DNA of 21,308 bases, counting the filler, from a bacterium (GTDB lineage Bacteria; J088; JAWLBW01): assembly GCA_041690355.1 (NCBI GenBank). It is 2 parts of 2 records of this genome, joined end to end, with 100 filler letters (N's around TTAATTAATTAA, not from the genome) between each part and the next. Parts side by side here need not be neighbours in the genome. Positions count along the whole stretch, not along the records: positions 1 to 17,851 come from JAWLHK010000036.1; 1 more part is not named here. One strand, written 5' to 3'. How positions within the stretch are numbered: position 1 is the first letter of the stretch; each line of letters starts with the position of its first letter. The notes below the pieces were generated by a model. That model did not search any database. It saw only the letters and a program-made list of their open reading frames with translations, and had not been told where the DNA came from. Positions 1 through 7,883 of this stretch are shown in pieces. The position numbers were made by a program, and so were the translations under genes.

Positions 1-2
1 GC

Positions 3-284
3 GCCGGGCCCCGTTCTCCCTCGCCCCGGGGGGCGAGCCGCAACGAACGCCTCACGCGGGCGGTCGAGGCCGGTGAGGCGCGCTTCATACTTCAGGTCCG
101 CCGCCGCCGACCGTTCGGCCGCTGGGTCGACGTGGCCTGGTTGCACCTCGAGCGCCCGATCGACGCCGACGACCGGCGCCTGCACTTCTCGCCGTTCCGT
201 AACGGCATGGGCATCCGCCCGCGGGGGCTCGTGCAGATCATGCGGCGCAGGGCCTACCGGGCGGGCCAGGCAGCGCGGGGCTGA
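3..284 (+). CDS. C-terminal fragment of a probable catalase-like domain protein (5' end outside the window)
   Basis: Open frame from base 3 to TGA at 282-284, not in the ORF track: ...RFILQVRRRRPFGRWVDVAWLHLERPIDADDRRLHFSPFRNGMGIRPRGLVQIMRRRAYRAGQAARG*. The W-x2-VA-x-L...L-x-F-x-P...G-I-x-P-x-G...R-x2-AY-x2-(S/G)Q-x2-R pattern resembles the C-terminus of small catalase-related proteins. Confidence 0.55.
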   Translation, partial: AGPRSPSPRGASRNERLTRAVEAGEARFILQVRRRRPFGRWVDVAWLHLERPIDADDRRLHFSPFRNGMGIRPRGLVQIMRRRAYRAGQAARG

Positions 285-296
285 ACCCCGCGTTGC

Positions 297-331
297 CAGT
301 CTTCAGTCTTCGGTCGTCAGTCATCAGTCTC
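297..331 (+). repeat. Tandem heptamer repeat, 5 x C(A/G)GTCNY, followed by 7-nt-periodic A-tracts (340-368)
   Basis: CAGTCTT CAGTCTT CGGTCGT CAGTCAT CAGTCTC, then GAAAAAA GAAAAAC CAAAAAC g GAAAAAC. Confidence 0.85.
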
Positions 332-386
332 GACGAACGGAAAAAAGAAAAACCAAAAACGGAAAAACTCAAACCGACGCGCCGCT

Positions 387-395
387 TGGTAGACT
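387..395 (+). promoter_or_regulatory. Extended -10 promoter TGgTAGACT, probably giving a leaderless transcript
   Basis: TG-n-TAGACT ends 6 nt before ATG 402; no spaced SD. Confidence 0.55.
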
Positions 396-401
396 GTGGG
401 A

Positions 402-1649
402 ATGCGTTTTTCACGTCTCCCCCTTCTTGCATTCCTCTCCGTGCTTGCCCTCTCGGGTTGCCAGGAACTCAAACAGCGCGTCGTTCTGCTCATGACCCCC
501 GACTACGAGGCCGAGCCGACCGACGGCCATCTGCAGCCCATCTTCGAAGGACTCGACGCCGACCGCGAGCGAATCGCCGTGCGCCTGACCCCGTTTCTCA
601 CCGACGTGGCCCAGGTCACCGATATCCAATTCGCGCCCGCGGTGACCGGCGTGGAACCGTGGCTCGTCGTGCTGCAGAAAACCGGCGAAGGGCGCCGCTT
701 CGCGCTCGACGGGGCCCCGCGCGGCACTCTGTTCACCGTTCCCGTAGTCACCGGATCGGAGCAGGGGCTGCTCGGCCTCGCCTTCCATCCGCGGTTCGTG
801 CAGAACGGCCGCTTCTTCGTGAACGCCACCGTGCGCAAGGGGAACGAGGACGTCAGCCAGGTGCAGGCGTGGTCCATGAATCCCCTGGATCCGTCCGCAC
901 CCGCCCGCCCCGGAAGGGTGATTCTCGAAGTCGTGCAACCCTACCCGAACCACAACGCCGGCCAGCTCGCCTTCGGTCCCGACGGCATGCTCTACGTCGG
1001 CTGGGGCGACGGCGGCTGGCGCAACGATCCGCACGGTCACGGCCAGAATCGTTCCACATTGCTCGGCGCCATGCTGCGCATCGATGTGGATCGCGAAGAA
1101 CAGGGGCGCGCCTATGCGATTCCCCGCGACAACCCGTTCGTCGGCCAGAAGGGTGTCCGTCCCGAAATCTGGGCCTGGGGGTTCCGTAATCCGTGGCGTT
1201 ACGGCTTCGCGCCCGACGGCCGCCTCGTGGTCGCCGACGTCGGCCAGGATGCCTGGGAAGAGATCGATATCGTCGTGCGCGGCGGGAACTATGGGTGGAA
1301 CATCCGCGAAGGGAACCACTGCTTCGAGCCGAAGGAAGACTGCCCGGCCGAGGGGCTGGCAGATCCGATCTACGAGTACGGGCGTGACGAAGGGCAGTCC
1401 ATTACGGGCGGCTATGTGTATGCCGGGACCAGGATTCCCGCATTGCGGAACCTGTACGTCTTCGGCGACTTCGTCTCGGGACGGCTGTGGGCCATCCCCC
1501 TGCCGGCCGACGGCGCCCCCGTCAAGGCGGCGTTCACGCTCGCGAAGTGGCCGATTCTCGTTTCCACCTTCGGCCGCGACCCGGCCGGCGAACTCTATGT
1601 CGCCGACTTCGCCAGCGCCACCATCTTCCGCCTCGACCCCGGGGACTGA
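402..1649 (+). CDS. PQQ-dependent aldose sugar dehydrogenase (GSDH/YliI-type beta-propeller), lipoprotein
   Basis: Motifs EQGLLGLAFHPRF, NHNAGQLAFGPDGMLYVGWGDGG, GFRNPWR, DVGQDAWEEID, GGNYGW, SITGGYVY. Signal peptide ends in lipobox LSGC. ATG 402 preferred over GTG 396. Confidence 0.92.
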   Translation: MRFSRLPLLAFLSVLALSGCQELKQRVVLLMTPDYEAEPTDGHLQPIFEGLDADRERIAVRLTPFLTDVAQVTDIQFAPAVTGVEPWLVVLQKTGEGRRFALDGAPRGTLFTVPVVTGSEQGLLGLAFHPRFVQNGRFFVNATVRKGNEDVSQVQAWSMNPLDPSAPARPGRVILEVVQPYPNHNAGQLAFGPDGMLYVGWGDGGWRNDPHGHGQNRSTLLGAMLRIDVDREEQGRAYAIPRDNPFVGQKGVRPEIWAWGFRNPWRYGFAPDGRLVVADVGQDAWEEIDIVVRGGNYGWNIREGNHCFEPKEDCPAEGLADPIYEYGRDEGQSITGGYVYAGTRIPALRNLYVFGDFVSGRLWAIPLPADGAPVKAAFTLAKWPILVSTFGRDPAGELYVADFASATIFRLDPGD

Positions 1650-1650
1650 G

Positions 1651-1671
1651 CAGTCTTCAGTCGTCAGTCGA
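1651..1671 (+). repeat. Second heptamer array, 3 x CAGTCNN
   Basis: CAGTCTT CAGTCGT CAGTCGA starts 1 nt after the dehydrogenase stop; same unit as 297-331. Confidence 0.75.
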
Positions 1672-1857
1672 TTGCCGTTCGTATCGAGTCGACGGCCGGC
1701 AGCAGCGCCCCTCCCTCCCGTCGGGACAGGCTCCGGCGACGGCGAGACAGGCGCATGAGTGCCCAAGTGGGTCCTCTCGCTGTCGCGCTCACTCCGTTAC
1801 GCGCCGTCAGCTCGAGGCGAACGGGTTCCGGAATCGAAGCGAAAGACGACGCGCGCG

Positions 1858-3816
1858 TCAGCCCTCGTCCAGGACTTCGCGCAGCTTGCGGGCCAGCGAT
1901 TCCGGCGAGAACGGCTTCTGGAGAAACGACGTCCCCTTCTCGAGCACGCCGTGGTGCACGATGACGTCGTCGGTGTAGCCCGACATGAAGAGCACGCGCA
2001 GTTCGGGGCGCAGTCTGGCCGCTTCCCGCGCAAGTTCTGCCCCGTTCATGCCCGGCATGATGACGTCGGAAAAGAGCAGGTCGATCGGGCCGGCGTGCTC
2101 CCTGCAGATCACGAGCGCGTCGGCGCCGCTGCGGGCCTCGAGCACACGGTATCCATTCTTCTGCAGGATGCGCCGCGCCAGATCGCGCACCATGTCGGCG
2201 TCTTCGACAAGCAGTACGGTCTCGGTGCCGCGGCGCACGATGGGAGCCTCGACGGCGGCCGCTTCTTCGGCGGTCCCCTTCTGCGCAACCGGAAGATAAA
2301 TCTTGAACGTCGTCCCCTGCCCCGGCTCGCTGTACACCCAGACATGGCCGCCGCTCTGCTTCACGATGCCGTAGACGGTCGAGAGACCGAGCCCCGTGCC
2401 GCGCCCCTGTTCCTTCGTCGTGAAGAACGGCTCGAAGATGTGCTTCTGGGTCTCGACGTCCATCCCGATACCAGTATCGCTGACCATGAGCAGCACGTAT
2501 GAGCCGGGGCGCACTTCGAAGTGGCCGCTCGAATAGTTTTCGTCCAGCTCGACGTTGCGCGTTTCGAGAATGATCTTCCCGCCGTGCGGCATGGCATCGC
2601 GCGAGTTGACGACCAGGTTCATGATCACCTGTTCGATCTGGCCGGGGTCGGCCACGACGCTCCCCAGCGAACTGCCGAGGCGCGTCACGAACTCGACGTC
2701 TTCTCCGATGAGCCGCCGAAACATGCGCTCGATGTTTGTCACCAGCAGATTGAGGTCGAGCAGGCGCGGCTGCAGCACCTGGCGGCGGCTGAACGCAAGC
2801 AGCTGCCGCGTCAGCGATTCGGCCTTCTCGCTGGCCTTGACCACCGATTCGATTTCGTGGCGCACGGGGTGGTCCTCGTAGAGCTCCTCGAGGGCCATTT
2901 CGCTGTTGACCTTGATGACGGTGAGCAGATTGTTGAAATCGTGCGCGATGCCCCCGGCGAGGCGGCCGATGGCCTCCATCTTCTGGGCCTGACGCAGCTG
3001 CTCTTCGCTCTGTTCGAGCGCCTTTTCGGCGCGCGCGCGCTCCCGCGACTCCACCGTCAGCCGCTCGCCCAGCTCCTGGCGTGCGCGGCGCAGAATCGCC
3101 TCGGTTTCCTTCTGTTCCGTGATGTCGCGCGCGATGCAGAGAATGCGGATGCCGTCGGGCGTCTGCAGGGGACCCAGGCTGATGTCGACGGGAAACTCGC
3201 TGCCGTCTTTCCGGCGCGCGAACAGTTCCATTCCCGTGCCCATCTTGCGCATGTGGGGCGATTTCTGAAAGCCCTGACGGTGGCCGACGTGCTGCGCGCG
3301 AAAGCGCTCGGGCATGAGCATTTCCATGGGCCGTCCCACGAGCTCGCTGCGCTGAAACCCGAAGAGCGACTCGGCCTTGCCGTTCATGCGCGCGACGCTG
3401 CCCCGGTCGTCGATCACCAGGATCGCATCCGGCGCAAACTCGAACAGCCCTTCGAAAAGCAGGTAGTCCGGCGCAGCAGACTCGACGCGACCCTTTCCCT
3501 GCTCGCCGAGCGCGAGGGCGATCTGCTCTTCATCGAGCGAGGCGAGCACCGTCGCCCCCGCCTTCTGCAGGGCCTTGACGCGACTGCGCGGGGCGCCGTA
3601 GACGGCAAGACACGCGCCCGACTTCACGAGGCGCACGGCCTCGTGGGTCTTCAACGCATCGGCGGCCGCGAACACGAGTGCGTCTTCAATACCGTCGCGC
3701 AGCAGGGCCGTGCACGATCGGCTGACCTTGACCTGCAGGTCGCGGGCCTCGAGAAGCTTGCGGAGATGCGAACGGGATGCGGCGTCGCCGCCGAATAAAC
3801 ACACACGTACAGGCAC
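1858..3816 (-). CDS. Cytoplasmic hybrid sensor histidine kinase/response regulator (degenerate N-terminal domain, FixL-like PAS, HisKA, HATPase, C-terminal receiver)
   Basis: PAS: APDAILVID...LMPERFRAQH...RRKDGSEFPVDISL. H-box: GRLAGGIAHDFNNLL. N-box: QVIMNLVVNSRDAM. G boxes: DTGIGM, FEPFFTTK, GTGLGL. Receiver: LLVED...DLLFSDVIMPGMNG...FMSGY...KPF. GTG start is uncertain. Confidence 0.93.
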   Translation of the reverse strand: MPVRVCLFGGDAASRSHLRKLLEARDLQVKVSRSCTALLRDGIEDALVFAAADALKTHEAVRLVKSGACLAVYGAPRSRVKALQKAGATVLASLDEEQIALALGEQGKGRVESAAPDYLLFEGLFEFAPDAILVIDDRGSVARMNGKAESLFGFQRSELVGRPMEMLMPERFRAQHVGHRQGFQKSPHMRKMGTGMELFARRKDGSEFPVDISLGPLQTPDGIRILCIARDITEQKETEAILRRARQELGERLTVESRERARAEKALEQSEEQLRQAQKMEAIGRLAGGIAHDFNNLLTVIKVNSEMALEELYEDHPVRHEIESVVKASEKAESLTRQLLAFSRRQVLQPRLLDLNLLVTNIERMFRRLIGEDVEFVTRLGSSLGSVVADPGQIEQVIMNLVVNSRDAMPHGGKIILETRNVELDENYSSGHFEVRPGSYVLLMVSDTGIGMDVETQKHIFEPFFTTKEQGRGTGLGLSTVYGIVKQSGGHVWVYSEPGQGTTFKIYLPVAQKGTAEEAAAVEAPIVRRGTETVLLVEDADMVRDLARRILQKNGYRVLEARSGADALVICREHAGPIDLLFSDVIMPGMNGAELAREAARLRPELRVLFMSGYTDDVIVHHGVLEKGTSFLQKPFSPESLARKLREVLDEG

Positions 3817-3860
3817 CCTATCACGATCCCAGATCGGAGAGGAGAGAGCAAGGGCGATGT

Positions 3861-4685
3861 TCAGGGATTCTCAGGCTGAGACGCAGTGACGGGCTCTGCC
3901 TGTCCCATGCGTGGGGATCTGCGGAAGGGGAACGCCAGCAATCCGAGAAACGTGAGCCCGGCATCATCCGGCTCAGCCAGCCCGAGGGCAAACCCGTTCC
4001 GGGCACGCGACGTATAGGTCCCGAGCAGACGATCCCAGATCGACAGGCAGAAAGAGTAGTTGGAGTCGTGCTCGTCGCGTCGCTGCGAATGGTGTATGAG
4101 GTGCATCTCCGGGGTCACGAGCAACGCGCGCACCCAGGGTTCGCCGCGGCCGAGCGAAACGTTCGCATGCGTGAACAGGCTCATGGCGTTGAGGAGAACC
4201 TCGAACGCCACCACGGCCGCCGCGGGGATGCCCAATGCCACGATCCAGACGGCCTTGTATCCGAGCGAAAGCAGAATTTCGACCGGATGAAAGCGGATGC
4301 CGCTCGACACATCCATCGTGCGATCGGTGTGGTGAACGGCGTGCAGCCGCCACAGCCAGGGAACACGGTGAAAGAGGCGGTGCTGCAGATAAATGGCGAA
4401 ATCGAGCGCAAGAATGGCGGCGAGCACGCGCGCGGCCTCGGGGAGCGGAACCCGGTTCAGCAGGCCGAGCCCCTTGTCGGCCGCCCAGACGGAAATCCCT
4501 ACGGCCCCCAGCGGCGCAATTACACGCATCGCAACCGCGCCGGCCACCGAAAGCCCGAAGTTGAGCGGCCACCGCCGGCGCCGCGCCGAGGGGGCTCGAC
4601 GGGCGGGACGCGCCCCTTCCCAAAGTGCAAGCAACAGGACGAGCCCACCGAAAACCCCCACGCGAATGGCGACTTCAAACGACAT
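3861..4685 (-). CDS. Sterol desaturase / fatty acid hydroxylase superfamily membrane protein
   Basis: His boxes YLQHRLFH, LWRLHAVHH, RFHPVE, FTHAN, TPEMHLIHHS, then NY..WDRLLGTY. Likely start is ATG 4685 (MSFEVAIRVG); the longer ORF-track start overlaps the divergent gene. Confidence 0.9.
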   Translation of the reverse strand: MSFEVAIRVGVFGGLVLLLALWEGARPARRAPSARRRRWPLNFGLSVAGAVAMRVIAPLGAVGISVWAADKGLGLLNRVPLPEAARVLAAILALDFAIYLQHRLFHRVPWLWRLHAVHHTDRTMDVSSGIRFHPVEILLSLGYKAVWIVALGIPAAAVVAFEVLLNAMSLFTHANVSLGRGEPWVRALLVTPEMHLIHHSQRRDEHDSNYSFCLSIWDRLLGTYTSRARNGFALGLAEPDDAGLTFLGLLAFPFRRSPRMGQAEPVTASQPENP

Positions 4686-4832
4686 CCTCCCATTGTGCCC
4701 GAAAAAAAACGCGCCTTCAGCAAATGCATCTTGACAGAACACCCTGAATCGAAATAGAACAGTGGAATTCCCACCGATCAGCACCCTCGAGCGGACTCTG
4801 TGCGCCGCCTCACAGCGGGAAGCCCCTGCGCC

Positions 4833-4841
4833 TGATAGAAT
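4833..4841 (+). promoter_or_regulatory. Extended -10 promoter TGaTAGAAT for the small ORF-FIST operon
   Basis: Near-consensus TG-n-TAGAAT about 55 nt upstream of ATG 4896. Confidence 0.6.
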
Positions 4842-4895
4842 CTCTGTTTCGATTTTCCCGATCCGGCTGCCGTGCAGCCAAGGAGAACGCGCCTC

Positions 4896-5096
4896 ATGAG
4901 CAACGTGGAGAAACTGATCGACCTGATCTGCGCCGAACGGCAGCGGGTCACTGGCACGCCGCCGAATCTCACGCGAGCCCGCCTCTCGCTGAAGGTCGGC
5001 GTCGACCTGACCGACCGCCGCGAGCTGGACCGCGGCGCCAACCTCGAATCCAAAATCCGGGACGCCGCCCAGGCGCTCGGCATCACGCTCGCCTAA
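4896..5096 (+). CDS. Small hypothetical protein (66 aa), translationally coupled to FIST
   Basis: AAGGAG SD at 4880-4885, GC3-rich codon usage, and a stop TAA that overlaps the FIST SD (TAAGGAG). Sequence: MSNVEKLIDLICAERQRVTGTPPNLTRARLSLKVGVDLTDRRELDRGANLESKIRDAAQALGITLA. Confidence 0.8.
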   Translation: MSNVEKLIDLICAERQRVTGTPPNLTRARLSLKVGVDLTDRRELDRGANLESKIRDAAQALGITLA

Positions 5097-5106
5097 GGAG
5101 ACCCCC

Positions 5107-6237
5107 ATGAGCACCCAGATCACCGAATCGTTCGTCTCAGCCGCGAGCCGCGCCGAAAAAATCGCCGACGTCGTCGCCGACATCACGCGCCGCATCGACC
5201 CGAAAACCACCGTGCTGCTGAACGTCTTCTTCTCGTCGCGCTATCCGGCCCAGGAAATGGCCGCGGCGCTGCAGGCCGCCTATCCTGAAACGCACGTCAT
5301 CGGCTGCACCACGGCCGGCGAACTGAGCAACGAAGGGTTCACCGAGCAGGCCGTGTCGGCGTTCGGATTCATGAAGGGGGGCGTGAGCCGCCTGGCCGTG
5401 GCCGTGGCCGAGAACTGCAATCAGAATGCGGCTCCCATCTCGGCGGCCCTCAAGAAAATCGCCGGCGAGCTGAACGTCGATCTGAACCGCCTGGCCCCCG
5501 ATCGCTACCTCGGCATCGTGCTCACCGACGGCAACTCGGGGCACGAAGAGTTCGTCATGGATACCCTGGCCGCCGAAGCTTTCAACCTGACGTTCGTCGG
5601 CGGCTCGGCCGGCGACGACCTGCAGTTCAAGCAGGCCTTCGTACTGGCCGACGGCAAGGCCTACTCCAATTCCGCCGTGCTGGCGCTGATCGAGACGGCC
5701 CGCCCCTTCACCATCGTGAAGACGCAGAGTTTCCGCACGACGGGACGCATCTGGGAAGTGACGAAGGCCGACCCGAAAAACCGCATCGTCTATGAACTGG
5801 ACGGCAAGCCCGCGGCGCAGGCGTATGCCGAAGCCCTGAGCATTCCGAAAGAACAGATCGGCGACCGCTTCATGTCGAACCCCATCGGCCTGCTCGTCGG
5901 CAGCGTGCCGTTCGTGCGCAGCCCGCAGCGGCTCGAGGGTGACGCCATCCGCTTCTACTGCCAGGTCAACGAAGGCTCGCGCGTGCACCTGCTCGAGTCG
6001 GGTGACATGGTCACCGATACGCGCGCCGATCTGGAGAAGGCGCGCCAGGGCCTCGGGGCGCTGAGCGGCATGCTTGTCTTCAACTGCATCCTGCGTTATC
6101 TGGATGCGAAGAACCGCAACATCGTCGACCAGCTCGGTAAGACCTACGATCTGGCCCCGGCTGCCGGCTTCAATACGTACGGGGAACAGTACCTGGGACA
6201 CATCAACCAGACCGCCACGGTGGTCTGCTTCTCCTGA
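5107..6237 (+). CDS. FIST-domain (FIST_N + FIST_C; NosP-like) signal transduction protein
   Basis: Motifs FFSSRY, IGCTTAGE, LTDG, VGGSAGDD, VYELDGKPAAQAY, FNCILR, GFNTYGEQY.GHINQT; strong SD. Confidence 0.92.
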   Translation: MSTQITESFVSAASRAEKIADVVADITRRIDPKTTVLLNVFFSSRYPAQEMAAALQAAYPETHVIGCTTAGELSNEGFTEQAVSAFGFMKGGVSRLAVAVAENCNQNAAPISAALKKIAGELNVDLNRLAPDRYLGIVLTDGNSGHEEFVMDTLAAEAFNLTFVGGSAGDDLQFKQAFVLADGKAYSNSAVLALIETARPFTIVKTQSFRTTGRIWEVTKADPKNRIVYELDGKPAAQAYAEALSIPKEQIGDRFMSNPIGLLVGSVPFVRSPQRLEGDAIRFYCQVNEGSRVHLLESGDMVTDTRADLEKARQGLGALSGMLVFNCILRYLDAKNRNIVDQLGKTYDLAPAAGFNTYGEQYLGHINQTATVVCFS

Positions 6238-6258
6238 CGGTACCCCCGCGTTCGCTTC

Positions 6259-6284
6259 GGCCGCCTTCGGGCGGCCTTTTTTTT
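6259..6284 (+). terminator. Intrinsic terminator after FIST
   Basis: GGCCGCC-TTCG-GGCGGCC (cUUCGg loop) followed by T8. Confidence 0.93.
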
Positions 6285-6334
6285 GGTTCCCCCTCCGGAT
6301 ACGCCGGCCATCCCGATGCGCATATCATGGGGGC

Positions 6335-6805
6335 ATGCAGACCTTCTTCTGCGAATGGGAGCCGGAGGCATGCGCGCGCGTCCTCGATCGCCTGCGGCTC
6401 GGCAAGCAGCGCATCGAGGCCATCCAGGTGGCGCGCATTCTGACGGAAACCACCGACAAGCGCGGTTGGCGCGGGCATCCCGCCGTGCGCATGTGGCGGC
6501 CGTGGGTTCCCTACCTCGTGCACCGCTACATCCCGGCGCTGCTGGCCGAGTGGCGGGCGCGCGGCTACGAAAGCCCCCGCTGTGAAGCGTATCTGCGTGA
6601 GCTGCAGACCGTGGTTCCGCATGCGGGGCCGCGTCCGGCCTGGGTGACCGAGCCATTCATCCGCGCACACCGCGCGGCGCTCATTCGCAAGGCTCCCGAT
6701 CACTATGGCCGGCTGTGGCCCGGCGTGCCGGCCGAGCTGCCGCTTATCTGGCCGCCGGATGCCGGCGCAGGCGCCGCAAAGTCAGCCAGAGGGCCGAGGC
6801 CATGA
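6335..6805 (+). CDS. MSMEG_6728-family / pyrimidine-dimer DNA glycosylase (T4 endonuclease V-like) protein
   Basis: N-terminus MQTF...ARVLDRLRLGKQRIEAIQV...GWRGHPAVRMW...EWRARGY...HRAALIRKAPDHY...WP is characteristic. Start at ATG 6335, 6 nt after TATCAT. Confidence 0.85.
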   Translation: MQTFFCEWEPEACARVLDRLRLGKQRIEAIQVARILTETTDKRGWRGHPAVRMWRPWVPYLVHRYIPALLAEWRARGYESPRCEAYLRELQTVVPHAGPRPAWVTEPFIRAHRAALIRKAPDHYGRLWPGVPAELPLIWPPDAGAGAAKSARGPRP

Positions 6806-7733
6806 GCAGCCAACCCGACGCCCCCCCTGCCGAGCTGCAGCCCACCTCCTCCTCGACGGTCACGTCGCCGGCCGTCGAGCACGCATGCTCTGCATCGGCC
6901 GCAGCCCGCTCTTCAATCGCATCGGCGACGTGGTCGGTGATGAGGCCGTAGACCCCGCCCGCGAACAATCTGCGCATCGTGGGGCGATCGTTCACGGTCC
7001 AGGGCGAGAGGCGCGCGCCGTCGAGAAGGAGCCCCCGCCAGGTATCTTCGTCTTCGCTGACGACGAAATAGATCGGGTTCAGGCCGTAGAACCCCGCATC
7101 GGCCGCCTCCTGTTGCAGCGCGGTCAGCTCTTCGCCCCCCGTGGTCGTGAGAAACGCCACCTTCGCGTCGGCGTCCTCTTGAAGCATGGCCTCGAGCATT
7201 TCCCAAGAAAAACTCGAATAGACCACCCGCTCGCGCATGCCTGCCGCGAGAACTTCGGACGCAACGGCAGCGGCCAGGGCGTCGAGATCGGTCACCGGAC
7301 AGGCTCCGCCGGTGTTCACTTTGAGCTCGATGTTGATGGCCCCCGCGTCCCGGGCCGCCACCGCGTCGAGCACCTCCCGCAGCGTCGGGATGGAGGCCGC
7401 GGCCGCACCCGAACCGAGCGAGGCGTCGGCAGTCGCGAGCTCCGCATAGGTGCGCTCGGCCAGGCAACCGTGCAGGTCGGTCGTCTTCTGCAAGGTGAAA
7501 TCGTGCATCAGGACTGGCACGCCGTCGGCCGTCAACTGCGCGTCGAGCTCGACCATGTCGGCGCCGGCGTCGAGCGCGTGGAGCATCGAGGGGAGCGTGT
7601 TTTCTGCATGGGCGTTTTCAGCCGAACTGGCCCCCGAGCCGCGGTGACCGATGACGAGGGCGTCGCGCGGGGGTTCGGGACAGTAGGGGACGGCCAGCAG
7701 GGCCGCGAGCAGAAAAGTTCCGGTCATGAGCAT
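6744..7733 (-). CDS. Exported glycerophosphodiester phosphodiesterase (GDPD) with a MYXO-CTERM-like C-terminal anchor
   Basis: Catalytic motifs IGHRG, ENT, VELDAQLTADGVPVLMHD, IPTLREVL, NIELK, WTVND, GLITD. Hydrophobic N-terminus. C-terminal GCSS-linker-TM-RRLRR. Confidence 0.9.
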   Translation of the reverse strand: MLMTGTFLLAALLAVPYCPEPPRDALVIGHRGSGASSAENAHAENTLPSMLHALDAGADMVELDAQLTADGVPVLMHDFTLQKTTDLHGCLAERTYAELATADASLGSGAAAASIPTLREVLDAVAARDAGAINIELKVNTGGACPVTDLDALAAAVASEVLAAGMRERVVYSSFSWEMLEAMLQEDADAKVAFLTTTGGEELTALQQEAADAGFYGLNPIYFVVSEDEDTWRGLLLDGARLSPWTVNDRPTMRRLFAGGVYGLITDHVADAIEERAAADAEHACSTAGDVTVEEEVGCSSAGGASGWLLMASALWLTLRRLRRHPAAR

Positions 7734-7763
7734 ACTCGCAAAAGTGGGGCAGAGGAGTGTAGG

Positions 7764-7772
7764 ATCCTAGCA
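7764..7772 (-). promoter_or_regulatory. Extended -10 TGcTAGGAT for GDPD
   Basis: Minus-strand TG-c-TAGGAT about 30 nt upstream of the start codon. Confidence 0.45.
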
Positions 7773-7800
7773 CCGCCGCGGCCGCCCGGCAAGCCGGCCA

Positions 7801-7830
7801 TTGCCAAGCTGACCGCCGGGTGAGTATACT
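7801..7830 (+). promoter_or_regulatory. Sigma70-type promoter for the MCP
   Basis: TTGCCA-18 nt-TATACT, divergent from GDPD. Confidence 0.65.
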
Positions 7831-7883
7831 GCCAGATCGTATCCTTTTCCCCTGACGACGCCCCGACACGGGCCCGACAACGG

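Noticed and set aside
297-376. Heptamer arrays as a CRISPR or mini-array
   Set aside because: 7-nt units without spacers and no cas genes.
4731-4760. TTGACA-18-TAGAAC as the FIST operon promoter, with 4760-4880 as a riboswitch
   Set aside because: The -10 lacks the final T, a better extended -10 lies at 4833-4841, and no known aptamer consensus was recognisable.
4686-5210. 175-aa N-terminal extension of the desaturase in the ORF track
   Set aside because: Antisense to the small ORF and FIST start; the family-like sequence begins at ATG 4685.
6074-6334. N-terminal extension of the MSMEG_6728-like ORF
   Set aside because: Overlaps FIST and crosses its terminator; the family starts at MQTF.
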